Shown piece after piece: positions 19,504 to 28,796 of a stretch of 63,645 nucleotides of DNA. The notes beneath the pieces were generated by a model. The model was not told where the DNA came from. It ran no database searches and saw only the letters and a program-made list of their open reading frames with translations. Every line of letters begins with the position of its first letter. Position 1 is the first letter of the stretch. The position numbers and the translations under genes are program-made. Origin of the DNA: Clostridiales bacterium DTU024 (GTDB taxonomy: Bacteria > Bacillota > Clostridia > Christensenellales > Aristaeellaceae); the NCBI GenBank assembly GCA_001513425.1, contig LFTR01000169.1:12783-76427 (forward strand), in the 5' to 3' direction.

Positions 19504-20655
19504 TCATTGCCTGGTGAAACTCATCTCGACCAGTTCCTCATCCAGAAACAGACAGCTGAACAGCACGGATCCTTCTCCCATCGGTACCGAATAATGCAGG
19601 GTACCGGTGCCCTCATCCTGCAGCAGCACGCCGTATGGTTCCCGGGTGTTTTCGGTATCTCCGTAAAGCGCCACTTGGGCGGTATTCAAGGTTTCTGATT
19701 CGTTGAAGAAACGGTACAGCACTTTGAGCATGCCCTCCCCAAGGCGCAAGCCGCGCGGACCTTCCAGCATTCCATGCACTGTTGCCTGCTGTGCGCGCAG
19801 GAAATTGCCGTCCTTGTCATAAATGAAGGTGATGTTCAATGGTTCCCACTGTACGATCTCAATCCGGTCGCCGTTGGAATCTTCCGCTGTTTCCGTCGCT
19901 ACGGGCTCACCAAACACGCCAACGGCGGTTATTGGATCCAGATCCAAAAAGTCCAGTCCGCCAAAGACGAGATCCTCCCGCTGCATTTGAGACGGGTTGG
20001 ACGTATCGAAAGAAAAATACGCCTTCTCCTCCTGCAGCGCCGCCAGGTCGTTCAGATGCTGCGTTGCTTCTGCCATAGGAACGCTCTCGGCGCCGAAATA
20101 GCGAATGGCGGTAATGAAGCCATCCTGCGCGGTAAAATGAATACCGGAGCGATCAACGGAGTGCGTATTGGGCGTGAAAATAGCAAATTCCACCAGCGTG
20201 ATGTTTTGACCGTCCCTGTATACCATGCCGGTCAGAACCGGCTGGGGAAAGGCGCCGCGCAGATAGAGTACCGCCGCTTCCTCGCTTCCCATGAGGGATG
20301 GGTTATCATTGGGGAACGCTGCCAAAATGGCCTCCACCGCCTGGGTCACCAAGCTCACGCGCGGGCCGGTAAGCCCTTGCACACCGATGGACTCACCGTC
20401 GATCACAGCGCCCAGCAAAAGCGTATCCGGGCTCAGATCCCGGCTGGCGGGGAATACGGAATAGCCGCGCCCATGCGCTTGCAGCCCTTCGGGTGTGTCT
20501 AGTACCTGCAGCTTATCACTAATGGCGCGCTCCAAAAGGCTTTGTGTCCAGGCGTTGAGCTCCTCCACCTCAAGGGGTTTTGGCGCCGCCGAATTTTCCG
20601 CGGCCGCGGGGATCATCAGTGCGAGCACGAGTATGAATACAAGCAACTTTTTCAT
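19504..20655 (-). CDS. Secreted protein of unknown function (383 aa)
   Basis: Signal peptide MKKLLVFILVLALMIPAAAENS. SD AAAGGAA. ATG overlaps the upstream stop (ATGA). I recognise no family. Confidence 0.7.
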   Translation of the reverse strand: MKKLLVFILVLALMIPAAAENSAAPKPLEVEELNAWTQSLLERAISDKLQVLDTPEGLQAHGRGYSVFPASRDLSPDTLLLGAVIDGESIGVQGLTGPRVSLVTQAVEAILAAFPNDNPSLMGSEEAAVLYLRGAFPQPVLTGMVYRDGQNITLVEFAIFTPNTHSVDRSGIHFTAQDGFITAIRYFGAESVPMAEATQHLNDLAALQEEKAYFSFDTSNPSQMQREDLVFGGLDFLDLDPITAVGVFGEPVATETAEDSNGDRIEIVQWEPLNITFIYDKDGNFLRAQQATVHGMLEGPRGLRLGEGMLKVLYRFFNESETLNTAQVALYGDTENTREPYGVLLQDEGTGTLHYSVPMGEGSVLFSCLFLDEELVEMSFTRQ

Positions 20656-21743
20656 TGTCGTTCCTTTCCGCCCGCCCGGGCTGTGGCTGCATTATGGTGC
20701 CGTGTTTCATTCAGTTTCGTTAGTTTTCCATCTCCAAACCCCATATCCAGTGCGCCCGTGGGGCACACTTTCACGCAATCCCCGCAGCGCACGCATTCCG
20801 AGTGATTGGTTTCCCGCACGGGATCCAAGGCCATTTTGCACGCCTTGGAACACTTGCCGCAATGGATGCATGCATCCCCGTCCAGTCGCAAACGGTACAG
20901 GGCCACCGGATTGAGCATCCCGTACAAAGCACCCAGCGGACACAGATACTTGCAAAAGGGTCGATAATTGATGATCGACAGCAGGATGACGGCCGCCAAA
21001 ATGGAAAACTTCCACCAGAACAAAAGACCGATCTGATATCCTGTGGTGGGAACATTTATCACACCCGGCCGCACGATGCTTTCACTGAGACCCGAAAGCC
21101 CTTCAAACCCGCCCGCTGACAGCGCCGTACCGCCGCTCCGGCTTAGGAGCACTAACGGCACGCCGCCTTCCAGCGTCCCCGCGGGGCATACTAGCTTACA
21201 AAAGTATGGCGTGGCGTTGCCTGCGGCGTTGTTGATCGTCATGGGAAGAATAACGACCAATAGGAGCAGCATCACATACTTGAGCCGCCTTAGCGGCCTG
21301 TCCCCCCTGAAGCGGTTGATCTTCTTTGGAAAGGGAATTTTGTAAAGCCCTTCCTGAATAAGTCCGAAGGGACACAAGAAACCGCAAACCGCTCTCCCCA
21401 TGAGCGCACCGAACACCAGTATCGTTCCAAACACGTAGGCGGAAAATGAAAATGCGCGGCTGCCGATAACCGCCTGCAGCGCGCCGATGGGGCAAGACAA
21501 TACCGCGCCCGGGCACGAATAGCAGTTGAGACCGGGGTGGCACAGCAGCTTCAAGTTTCCCTGATAGATCTTGCCGGCGGCAAACCCCGTCACATAGCTG
21601 TTGGTGACAGCCGCAAAAAACAGCTGAATAATGTAGCGATACTTGATGTGCTTTCTGACTGTTCCTTTATCCAATGCCAATGCACTCCAAACAAATGCGT
21701 ATCGCCTTTTGCAGCACGACCACAGTCTCACCCCGCGCCACAC
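20652..21743 (-). CDS. Polytopic 4Fe-4S binding membrane protein (NapH/MauN-like)
   Basis: Four CxxxCP-type motifs (CYSCPGAVLSCP, CGFLCPFG, CKLVCPAG, CKYLCPLG). Two ferredoxin motifs (CIHCGKCSKAC, CVRCGDCVKVCP). The GTG start at 21743 has no clear SD, so the start is uncertain. Confidence 0.8.
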   Translation of the reverse strand: MWRGVRLWSCCKRRYAFVWSALALDKGTVRKHIKYRYIIQLFFAAVTNSYVTGFAAGKIYQGNLKLLCHPGLNCYSCPGAVLSCPIGALQAVIGSRAFSFSAYVFGTILVFGALMGRAVCGFLCPFGLIQEGLYKIPFPKKINRFRGDRPLRRLKYVMLLLLVVILPMTINNAAGNATPYFCKLVCPAGTLEGGVPLVLLSRSGGTALSAGGFEGLSGLSESIVRPGVINVPTTGYQIGLLFWWKFSILAAVILLSIINYRPFCKYLCPLGALYGMLNPVALYRLRLDGDACIHCGKCSKACKMALDPVRETNHSECVRCGDCVKVCPTGALDMGFGDGKLTKLNETRHHNAATARAGGKERQ

Positions 21744-21793
21744 CCACGATAACCAGTGCGGCGCCTATCACCATCAATCCCGCCCACGCCCGC

Positions 21794-22549
21794 TTACGGA
21801 GCATCCGTCACCTCCGGCTGATTTTCGATAAACTCCAAGACTGAGTCGAAGGTTTTGCGCCAATTGTCTTCCGACATGGAACCTTCCACCATATGGATAA
21901 TGTAGCCGTCCGCATTCACAAACCACGTCGTCGGGAACGCCTTGAGGCCTGTCTGACTCATGATGGTGTAAAGAAATTCGTCCGGCACGATAGTTGGATA
22001 GGTGATCGCCAGCGATTCATAGACCTTTTGCGCACCGTCCAGCTTGTCCTGCACAACCGCCAGCGTATTCTCTGCCGTCACTTCCACGCCTTCGGCCAGC
22101 AGTCCCACCAGCATGGCGCGATCCTTATATTCTTCTGCCAGAATTTCAAGTGCGGGCATCTCGCTCAAGCACGGGCCGCACCAATCCGCCCAAATATTGA
22201 TGATGATAGGCATGTCTGCAAACTGAGCGGGATCAAATGGTTCGCCGTAGATGTCAGTAGTATTAACCAATCCAAAGTAGTTAGGGATATCTTCTACAAC
22301 CACTGAATCCCCTATCGGTGCTTCGGTTTGAACTTCAGTTGAAACATCCTCTGGTGCTTCAGTCTCCACTTCGATCGGCTCAACGGTAGGTGAATCGGTC
22401 AAAGCCTGCGTAGGCCGCTGCGTTGTTTCCGTCGTAACGGTCGGAGGTGCTTCCTGTTCGGGCACCTTATTGATTAAGAGGACTATGACGATGACCAGCA
22501 AAATGATTGCCAGTCCAACCAGTAGTATTTTTGGTATTCTGTTTTTCAT
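21794..22549 (-). CDS. Membrane-anchored TlpA/ResA-like thiol-disulfide oxidoreductase
   Basis: N-terminal TM, ~70-aa T/E/P-rich linker, and a thioredoxin fold with WADWCGPC. ATG overlaps the pdp stop (ATGA). Confidence 0.85.
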   Translation of the reverse strand: MKNRIPKILLVGLAIILLVIVIVLLINKVPEQEAPPTVTTETTQRPTQALTDSPTVEPIEVETEAPEDVSTEVQTEAPIGDSVVVEDIPNYFGLVNTTDIYGEPFDPAQFADMPIIINIWADWCGPCLSEMPALEILAEEYKDRAMLVGLLAEGVEVTAENTLAVVQDKLDGAQKVYESLAITYPTIVPDEFLYTIMSQTGLKAFPTTWFVNADGYIIHMVEGSMSEDNWRKTFDSVLEFIENQPEVTDAP

Positions 22550-23871
22550 GTGTAAGTAACCGTCCTGTCTTTAGTTACTTGCGCAAAGAGAAGCTGCGCA
22601 GTCTTTACGGGTCCGTCGCTGAGGGTAATGGCTCCGAGCACCAAGTCCGCAGCGGTTTTGGCATTCTTGGGATCATTGACGAATAATGTGGCAACCGTTT
22701 CTCCCCGGCACACGAAATCCCCAATGCGTTTATGCATAACCAGCCCAACGGCCGGGTCAATGATGTCTTCTTTGGTCCGGCGTCCGGCCCCCAATGACTG
22801 CGCGGCACGTCCTACGGTTTCAGCGTCCACCGCCGAGATATGGCCGTCGGCTCGGGATAGAACGGGCATTTGTGCCTGCGCTTGGGGCAACAGGCTTAAG
22901 TTATCGCACACCCTGCCGTCTCCGCCCTGCGCTTGGATCATTTCGCGCAGTTTGGCAAGACCGCTGCCGTCTTCCAGCTTCTTGAGGAGCATGGCTCTTG
23001 CCGACGCCGCGTCATCCGCCAAGCGTGACAATATCAGCATCTGTTCTCCCAGCAGCAAAGAGACTTCAAGCAGCGGACCGCTTGTCCGCCCGGACAAAAC
23101 GTCGATCGCTTCCCTTACTTCCAGTGCGTTGCCGACGTGCGACCCCAGCGGTTCATACATGTGGGTAATAAGGGCAACCACATCGCGGCCGCTGCGTACA
23201 CCGATATCCACCATCATTTGGGACAACGCGATACACTGTTCCACCGTTTTCATGATAGCACCGCTGCCCACTTTAACGTCCAGCACGATGCCCTGTGCGC
23301 CGCCGGCCAGTTTCTTGGACATGATACTGGACGCAATCAGGGGGATTGAATCAACTGTGGCGGTTACATCCCGCAGCGCATACAGCCGCTTGTCCGCGGG
23401 GACCAATTCACTTGTCTGTCCCACAACGCAGCAGCCCACACGCCTGGCAATGGCAATAAACTCTTCTTCGGGCAGTTCCACGCGCATGCCGGGGATGCTC
23501 TCCATCTTGTCGATGGTGCCCCCGGTGTGGCCCAAACCCCGGCCACTCATCTTGATCACTTTGCCACCACATGCTGCCACCAGCGGCACCAGCACCAAGG
23601 TAGTCGTATCCCCGACGCCGCCGGTGGAGTGCTTGTCTACAGGAATGCCCCCAACATCGGGCTTAAGCATATCCCCGGTGCGTGCCATAGATATGGTAAG
23701 CGACGCGGTTTCGCGCGCATCCATACCGTTAAGGCGGATAGCCATCAGGAGGGCAGCCAGCTGATAATCTTTGGCATCTTTGGATGCGGCGGCACGGGCG
23801 AACAGATCGATCTGTTCGTCCGTCAGCTTCTTGCCCAGCTTCTTGCTTTCAATAACTTCAATGAAGTCCAT
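22546..23871 (-). CDS. pdp: Pyrimidine-nucleoside (thymidine) phosphorylase
   Basis: 441 aa from MDFIEVIESKK (SD GGAGG 5 nt upstream). Contains the HSTGGVGD motif. The longer tracked start (23913) falls inside the predicted promoter. Confidence 0.92.
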   Translation of the reverse strand: MDFIEVIESKKLGKKLTDEQIDLFARAAASKDAKDYQLAALLMAIRLNGMDARETASLTISMARTGDMLKPDVGGIPVDKHSTGGVGDTTTLVLVPLVAACGGKVIKMSGRGLGHTGGTIDKMESIPGMRVELPEEEFIAIARRVGCCVVGQTSELVPADKRLYALRDVTATVDSIPLIASSIMSKKLAGGAQGIVLDVKVGSGAIMKTVEQCIALSQMMVDIGVRSGRDVVALITHMYEPLGSHVGNALEVREAIDVLSGRTSGPLLEVSLLLGEQMLILSRLADDAASARAMLLKKLEDGSGLAKLREMIQAQGGDGRVCDNLSLLPQAQAQMPVLSRADGHISAVDAETVGRAAQSLGAGRRTKEDIIDPAVGLVMHKRIGDFVCRGETVATLFVNDPKNAKTAADLVLGAITLSDGPVKTAQLLFAQVTKDRTVTYT

Positions 23872-23903
23872 TCCGACCTCCGACACGTATGGATACTGCA
23901 CGA

Positions 23904-23932
23904 AGTATAGCATAAAACCTTGCCAGCGTAAA
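23904..23932 (-). promoter_or_regulatory. Candidate promoter of the pdp-led operon
   Basis: Minus strand: TTTACG, 17-nt spacer, TGcTATACT. Confidence 0.45.
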
Positions 23933-24022
23933 GATTAGCGTCACTGCAAAGCTCTTGCGGACAAGGTCCGGCCGATGGTATCATGCATGCATGCGGTTCA
24001 GCCGCAAGAAAGGTGGACACCC

Positions 24023-24904
24023 ATGTTTTTGTTTGATGAAGGTAAGAACTTTTACAAAGGCAATCTGCATGCCCACACCTCTATGTCCGACGGCAGACTG
24101 ACCCCTGAAGAGGTGAAGGCACTTTACGCCGGCAACGGGTATGATTTTTTGGCCATTACCGACCACCGCAAGTGCACGGCCGATCAGGATATATACAAAA
24201 ACATGCTTCTTCTGCCCGGCATCGAACTGGACTACACAATGCCCTTGCAGGTTATCCATTTGCTGGGTATCGGGATGACACGCGGCGTCGAAACAGCCCC
24301 CTGGACTTCCGGGCCGCAAGCAGGCATCGACGCCATTCGCCATTTTGGCGGCGAAGCCATCCTGGCGCATCCGAATTGGTCGCTGAATACTTTGGAGATG
24401 ATTCTTTCCCTTAAAAACCTGGCTGCCGCCGAAATTTTCAACAGCACCTCCAGGCCGCCCTGGAACCCGGACCGGGCAGATTCGACTTCCCTGCTTGACG
24501 TTGCCGCCACCCATGGCCTCTTACTCCCCACTACCGCGTCGGACGACGCGCATTGGTACAACGGGGACGCGTGCTGTTCTTTTACTATGGTCAATGCCCA
24601 CGAAAACACGGCCCTGGCGCTCACGCGAGCGCTGAAGGACCGCGCTTTTTATGCCTCGCAGGGGCCGAGATTCACGCAGATATCCTACGAAAACGATATT
24701 GTGCGTGTTTACTGCAGCAAGGTACGGCGCGTTGTGTTCCATACCAACGCGCCGTACGCCCCCGCCCGCTGCGTGGAGGGGGATGGCATCATCTACGCTG
24801 AATACGCGTTACAGCCTCAGTGGAAAGAGACCTATATCCGTGTTGTTCTGGAAGACGAAAACAGCCTGCGCGCATGGGCAAACCCATTCCCTCTCATGAG
24901 ATAA
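24023..24904 (+). CDS. PHP-domain metal-dependent phosphoesterase
   Basis: Starts at MFLFDEGKNFYKGNLHAHTSMSDG (HxH PHP motif), with SD GAAAGGTGG upstream. Confidence 0.75.
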   Translation: MFLFDEGKNFYKGNLHAHTSMSDGRLTPEEVKALYAGNGYDFLAITDHRKCTADQDIYKNMLLLPGIELDYTMPLQVIHLLGIGMTRGVETAPWTSGPQAGIDAIRHFGGEAILAHPNWSLNTLEMILSLKNLAAAEIFNSTSRPPWNPDRADSTSLLDVAATHGLLLPTTASDDAHWYNGDACCSFTMVNAHENTALALTRALKDRAFYASQGPRFTQISYENDIVRVYCSKVRRVVFHTNAPYAPARCVEGDGIIYAEYALQPQWKETYIRVVLEDENSLRAWANPFPLMR

Positions 24905-25049
24905 ACTCAAAATTCACGTTTCCGCTGTCAGTCAGCACCAGGGCCGTTCCTTGGCGGGGGCGGCTCTTTGCGTGATTCCGATGCCCCGGTTCGATGGCGT
25001 CCTGCGAAAAACGGGGCGCCCACAACGAGTTTCAGCATCGATCCCCTTG

Positions 25050-26057
25050 TCACCCCTTGATGCCGCCGCGCGCTACGCCGTTGACGATCTGTTTTCTGGC
25101 GAGGAAGAACAACAGGATCATAGGCATCACCACCACTGAGGAGGCCGCCATGAGCAGTTCATTGTTGGCGCCCACTTCAGTTGTAAAAGAATACAAGCCA
25201 AAGGGCAGTGTGCGGTTCGTATCCCTCTTGATAACCAGCAGCGGCCACATGAAGCTGTTCCAGGACGCCATTGCGTTGAGCAGGATGATGGTCATAAGCG
25301 CCGGCCGCCCGATGGGCACCATGATCTTCCACAGATAACGCCAGTTGGTGCAACCGTCCACCCGCGCTGACCAATACAGCCCGTCGGGGATGGATGAAAA
25401 GAAATTGCGCAGAATATAGGTGTAAAAAATGCTGCTGATAAAGGGCAGGACCAGCGCGTACAGCGTGTCGCTAAGCCCGATCTTGACGATGGTCTGGTAA
25501 TTGGTAATGACCAATATCTCAAAGGGCACCATCATCATGCTCAGCAGAAGGGAAAACAGGATCTCCTTGCCTGGAAACTTGAGCCGGGAAAACGCGAAGG
25601 CACCCAGGATCGTCGTGAATGCCGTGATGACAACGCTGGACAATACTACAATAACGGAGTTCATGAAGTACCGCGCGAAGGGGGCGGTTTCAAACGCCAC
25701 CACGAAATTACCGTAGTCAAACCAATTGTTGGGGGCCATGCTGGGAGGAAAAAGATTCATTTCCGCTGACGTCTTGAAAGCAGAAGATAACATCCAGTAA
25801 AAGGGAAACATCATAATGACCGCGCCAAGGGACAGCAACACATAACGGACAGTCCGCGCCGTCAGGGTTTTTGTCTTGTGTGAATGGTTCAGATACAGCC
25901 CCGCTGCTGTCATGGCCGCACCCCCAAGGGCAGCCGCGACAGCCAATGACATACTTGCCGTGATTGGCAAGTAGATGATCCCCAACACCATCAGGAGGAC
26001 GCCGGGAACGTACAGCATCGTGCCTGCGATTTTTTTGCCGCGTTTATCCATATTCAT
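25050..26057 (-). CDS. Carbohydrate ABC transporter permease (MalG-like) with an extra N-terminal TM pair
   Basis: 335 aa. Has the EAA-loop region typical of CUT1 permeases, preceded by ~70 extra N-terminal residues. Confidence 0.85.
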   Translation of the reverse strand: MNMDKRGKKIAGTMLYVPGVLLMVLGIIYLPITASMSLAVAAALGGAAMTAAGLYLNHSHKTKTLTARTVRYVLLSLGAVIMMFPFYWMLSSAFKTSAEMNLFPPSMAPNNWFDYGNFVVAFETAPFARYFMNSVIVVLSSVVITAFTTILGAFAFSRLKFPGKEILFSLLLSMMMVPFEILVITNYQTIVKIGLSDTLYALVLPFISSIFYTYILRNFFSSIPDGLYWSARVDGCTNWRYLWKIMVPIGRPALMTIILLNAMASWNSFMWPLLVIKRDTNRTLPFGLYSFTTEVGANNELLMAASSVVVMPMILLFFLARKQIVNGVARGGIKG

Positions 26058-26063
26058 CCTCCT

Positions 26064-27611
26064 TTACACGTAATTCCACTTTCGCTGAATGTAGCGCTGC
26101 GCCACGGTGAAAAGGAAAATGAACACGAAAAGAACGATGGCAGCCGCCGCCGCGCGGCCGAGCTCCAGCCGCTGGTGCATCATCTCGTAGATGTAATACA
26201 CCACCGTATACATGTTGTAGGCGGGTCCCGGGCTGCCGTTAAACAGCACGGTTACCTCAGCAAATACCTTGAACGCGGAAATGCTGTTGATGGTCAGTAC
26301 CAGCCCGATAGTGGGTGCCAGCAGCGGCACGGTGATGCGCCTGAAGATGCGCAAAGCTTTCGCGCCGTCCACCCTGGCAACGGTGTAGTAGGCCTCATCA
26401 ATGTTCTGAAGGCCGCTGAGCAGCAGGATAATGGTAAAAGGCAGAGTATTCCAAATGCCAAAGATAACCATGACCATCAGGGAGTTCGCCGCTTCCTGCA
26501 GCCAATTAATTTTGTCCATTCCAAAGAGCATCAGCAGTGCATTGAGTACGCCAAAGTCTCGGTTGAATATCCACCGCCACACAAGGCCCACCGCCGTGAT
26601 GGAAGTGACCATAGGGAGAAAGTATGCGGTCTGAAAAAGGGCGGACAAGCGCAATTTCTGATTGAGCAAATACGCGATCACGATGGCGAGCGCCGTGGAC
26701 GCGGGCACGGTATACAGCACGTACAGTACCGTGTTCCGCACGCCCTGCACAAAGTAATTGGAGGTACCTTCAATACCCTTGAGTACGTATTCATAGTTGC
26801 CGATACCCCAACCGGTATAGGAGCCGTCCAGCCGAAAACGCTCCTGAAAACTCATTACGACGACGCGCACCACGGGGTATAAGGTGAATAACAATATGCC
26901 CACCATGAAGGGTGCCAGATAGTCCATGGGCTCCAGCCACTCTGCCACGCGCCTCTTGTTTTCTTCATCAAACCGTATCCAGATGTAAAGCAGTACTGCC
27001 GCCGCAAGGAGCAGCGCCGACCCCGCGGTGATCAGCGCCACATGGTAAAACATAAAGGGATAATACTGCGTGGTGACCGACAAAGCCTTTCGCACATCTG
27101 TCAGGGTGATTTGAGGCAGCCGTTCATTTGACAATTCGCTGATGGAAGCCTTGATCCCATCGAGCTGTTCGCCCAACGCCTTTTCCACCGCTAAATAGGC
27201 ACCATGATCTTCAATCCTATCCTGCGCGGCAGTGAGCATGGCGTCCGCCACCGCCTGCAGGACAGCGGCGTCCTCTTCCCCCTGTGCAATCATGCGGATG
27301 ATGGTCGTTTTGAGTGTTCGTTTTCTGGACGTTGCCGCCTGATCCACGGCGCGTCGCACAGCAGCATCATCCACCACAGATTGCATGGCGCTTTTTATCG
27401 CATCCATGCCGTCCAAATGCAGTGTATCCACGCGGGTGCTGACAAGATACTCGTCCGCCCTGCCTTTTAGCGTAACCCGGCCAAAAATCCCGGCACTCAG
27501 GATGAAGGTGCCGACAAGCGTAAAAACAGCTATATGAATGATAATCCGCTTTGCTCCCCAATGCCGCTTGGGCCGAACAAACAGATTGCCCGCCGTTTGT
27601 TTCTGCGTCAT
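26064..27611 (-). CDS. Carbohydrate ABC transporter permease (MalF-like) with a ~220-aa N-terminal extension
   Basis: 515 aa. The canonical permease core starts at about residue 225. The N-terminus is TM, then ~150 aa of Ala/Asp-rich helical region, then TM. Confidence 0.85.
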   Translation of the reverse strand: MTQKQTAGNLFVRPKRHWGAKRIIIHIAVFTLVGTFILSAGIFGRVTLKGRADEYLVSTRVDTLHLDGMDAIKSAMQSVVDDAAVRRAVDQAATSRKRTLKTTIIRMIAQGEEDAAVLQAVADAMLTAAQDRIEDHGAYLAVEKALGEQLDGIKASISELSNERLPQITLTDVRKALSVTTQYYPFMFYHVALITAGSALLLAAAVLLYIWIRFDEENKRRVAEWLEPMDYLAPFMVGILLFTLYPVVRVVVMSFQERFRLDGSYTGWGIGNYEYVLKGIEGTSNYFVQGVRNTVLYVLYTVPASTALAIVIAYLLNQKLRLSALFQTAYFLPMVTSITAVGLVWRWIFNRDFGVLNALLMLFGMDKINWLQEAANSLMVMVIFGIWNTLPFTIILLLSGLQNIDEAYYTVARVDGAKALRIFRRITVPLLAPTIGLVLTINSISAFKVFAEVTVLFNGSPGPAYNMYTVVYYIYEMMHQRLELGRAAAAAIVLFVFIFLFTVAQRYIQRKWNYV

Positions 27612-28672
27612 CAGTACCTATCCCCCGTTGCCGCATCAAAGAAGAACACGCCGCGCTCCTTGAGGCTCAAATGAAGCGTCTGGCCCGGCTTGATCCCTAT
27701 TTCATATGCAATGTAAGCACGGAAAGACGTCCCGCCAAATTCCAGCAAAGCCATTTCTTCCTTGCCCAGTTGATAAAGGCTTTCCACGGCGGCCGCCATG
27801 TGCTGCGGCGCCGCCTGCTCCTGGGCCACAAAGCTTTCCGACCGCACCGCCAGATTGATGGCGCGTCCTTGCGGTACGCGCTGGATACCGGGACACAGGA
27901 ACTTAGCGCCGCTTGCCATAATAAAATGGCCATCCCCGGCGATACCCGGAAAATTATTGATGGGCGGATTGCCCAAAAAGTCTGCGACGAACTGGTTGTC
28001 GGGTTCATTGTAGAGTTCTTGCGGTTTATCGTACTGCTGCAAGTAGCCGTCCTTCATGAGCACGATATGATCGGATATGGACATGGCTTCTTCCTGATCG
28101 TGCGTGACAAAAATGGTCGTCACCTGCGTCTTTAGCTGAATGCGCCGGATCTCCTCCCGCATTTCCAGCCGCAGCCGCGCGTCCAGGTTGGACAGCGGTT
28201 CGTCCAGCAGCAGCAGTCTGGGATTTTTTACCAGTGCGCGCGCGATCGCGACGCGCTGCTGCTGCCCGCCCGACAATTGCTTGGGTTTGCGGTCCAGCAA
28301 CTTCTCCATGTGCATCAGGTGTGCCATCTGGGTCGCGCGACGGATGCGTTCATCCTTTGGCACATTCTGGATTTCCAAGGGGAAAGTGATATTGCCCAGC
28401 ACTGTCATGTGAGGGTACAGCGCATAGTTTTGAAAAACCAAACCGATACCGCGCTGTTCAGGCGGCAACGCCGTTACGTCTTCACCGTCAAAAAAGATTT
28501 GGCCGCCGGTTACCGGCAGTATGCCTGCCAGCATGTTAAGCACCGTGCTCTTGCCGCAACCCGAAGGGCCAAGGAGGCAGATAAGCTCCCCATCATCCAG
28601 CGCTACCGAAAAGTCGTTCACCGCTTTGGTCGGCCCAAAGTGCTTGGTAAGGCCCTTCATCTCTACCCGCAT
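27611..28672 (-). CDS. ABC transporter ATP-binding protein (MalK/UgpC/MsmX-like)
   Basis: Walker A GPSGCGKST, signature LSGGQQQR, Walker B LLLDEP, and a C-terminal TOBE-like domain. Confidence 0.92.
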   Translation of the reverse strand: MRVEMKGLTKHFGPTKAVNDFSVALDDGELICLLGPSGCGKSTVLNMLAGILPVTGGQIFFDGEDVTALPPEQRGIGLVFQNYALYPHMTVLGNITFPLEIQNVPKDERIRRATQMAHLMHMEKLLDRKPKQLSGGQQQRVAIARALVKNPRLLLLDEPLSNLDARLRLEMREEIRRIQLKTQVTTIFVTHDQEEAMSISDHIVLMKDGYLQQYDKPQELYNEPDNQFVADFLGNPPINNFPGIAGDGHFIMASGAKFLCPGIQRVPQGRAINLAVRSESFVAQEQAAPQHMAAAVESLYQLGKEEMALLEFGGTSFRAYIAYEIGIKPGQTLHLSLKERGVFFFDAATGDRY

Positions 28673-28707
28673 GATACCCCTCGCTTATATGGTGCGTTGT
28701 ACTAAAA

Positions 28708-28741
28708 TCATTGCCTTACCCGTTTACGGGCAAAGCAATGA
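28708..28741 (-). promoter_or_regulatory. Intercistronic 15-bp hairpin (fully paired only on the minus-strand RNA)
   Basis: Minus-strand RNA UCAUUGCUUUGCCCG-UAAA-CGGGUAAGGCAAUGA. All 15 positions pair if two G-U pairs are allowed. Confidence 0.5.
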
Positions 28742-28746
28742 CAAAT

Positions 28747-28787
28747 CCAAAGAGAAAGGGGGGCTGCCGAATGAACAGCAACCCCCC
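28747..28787 (-). terminator. Attenuating terminator just after the solute-binding protein gene
   Basis: Minus-strand GGGGGGUUGC...GCAGCCCCCC stem (9 of 10 pairs) followed by UUUCUCUUU. Confidence 0.55.
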
Positions 28788-28796
28788 TGGAAAACA

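Noticed and set aside
21667-21774. A 35-aa hydrophobic ORF (MVIGAALVIVGVARGETVVVLQKAIRICLECIGIG) between tlpA and the 4Fe-4S gene.
   Set aside because: The SD is weak (GGGCGGGA). It overlaps the 5' end of the 4Fe-4S ORF, whose own start is uncertain. There is no independent support.
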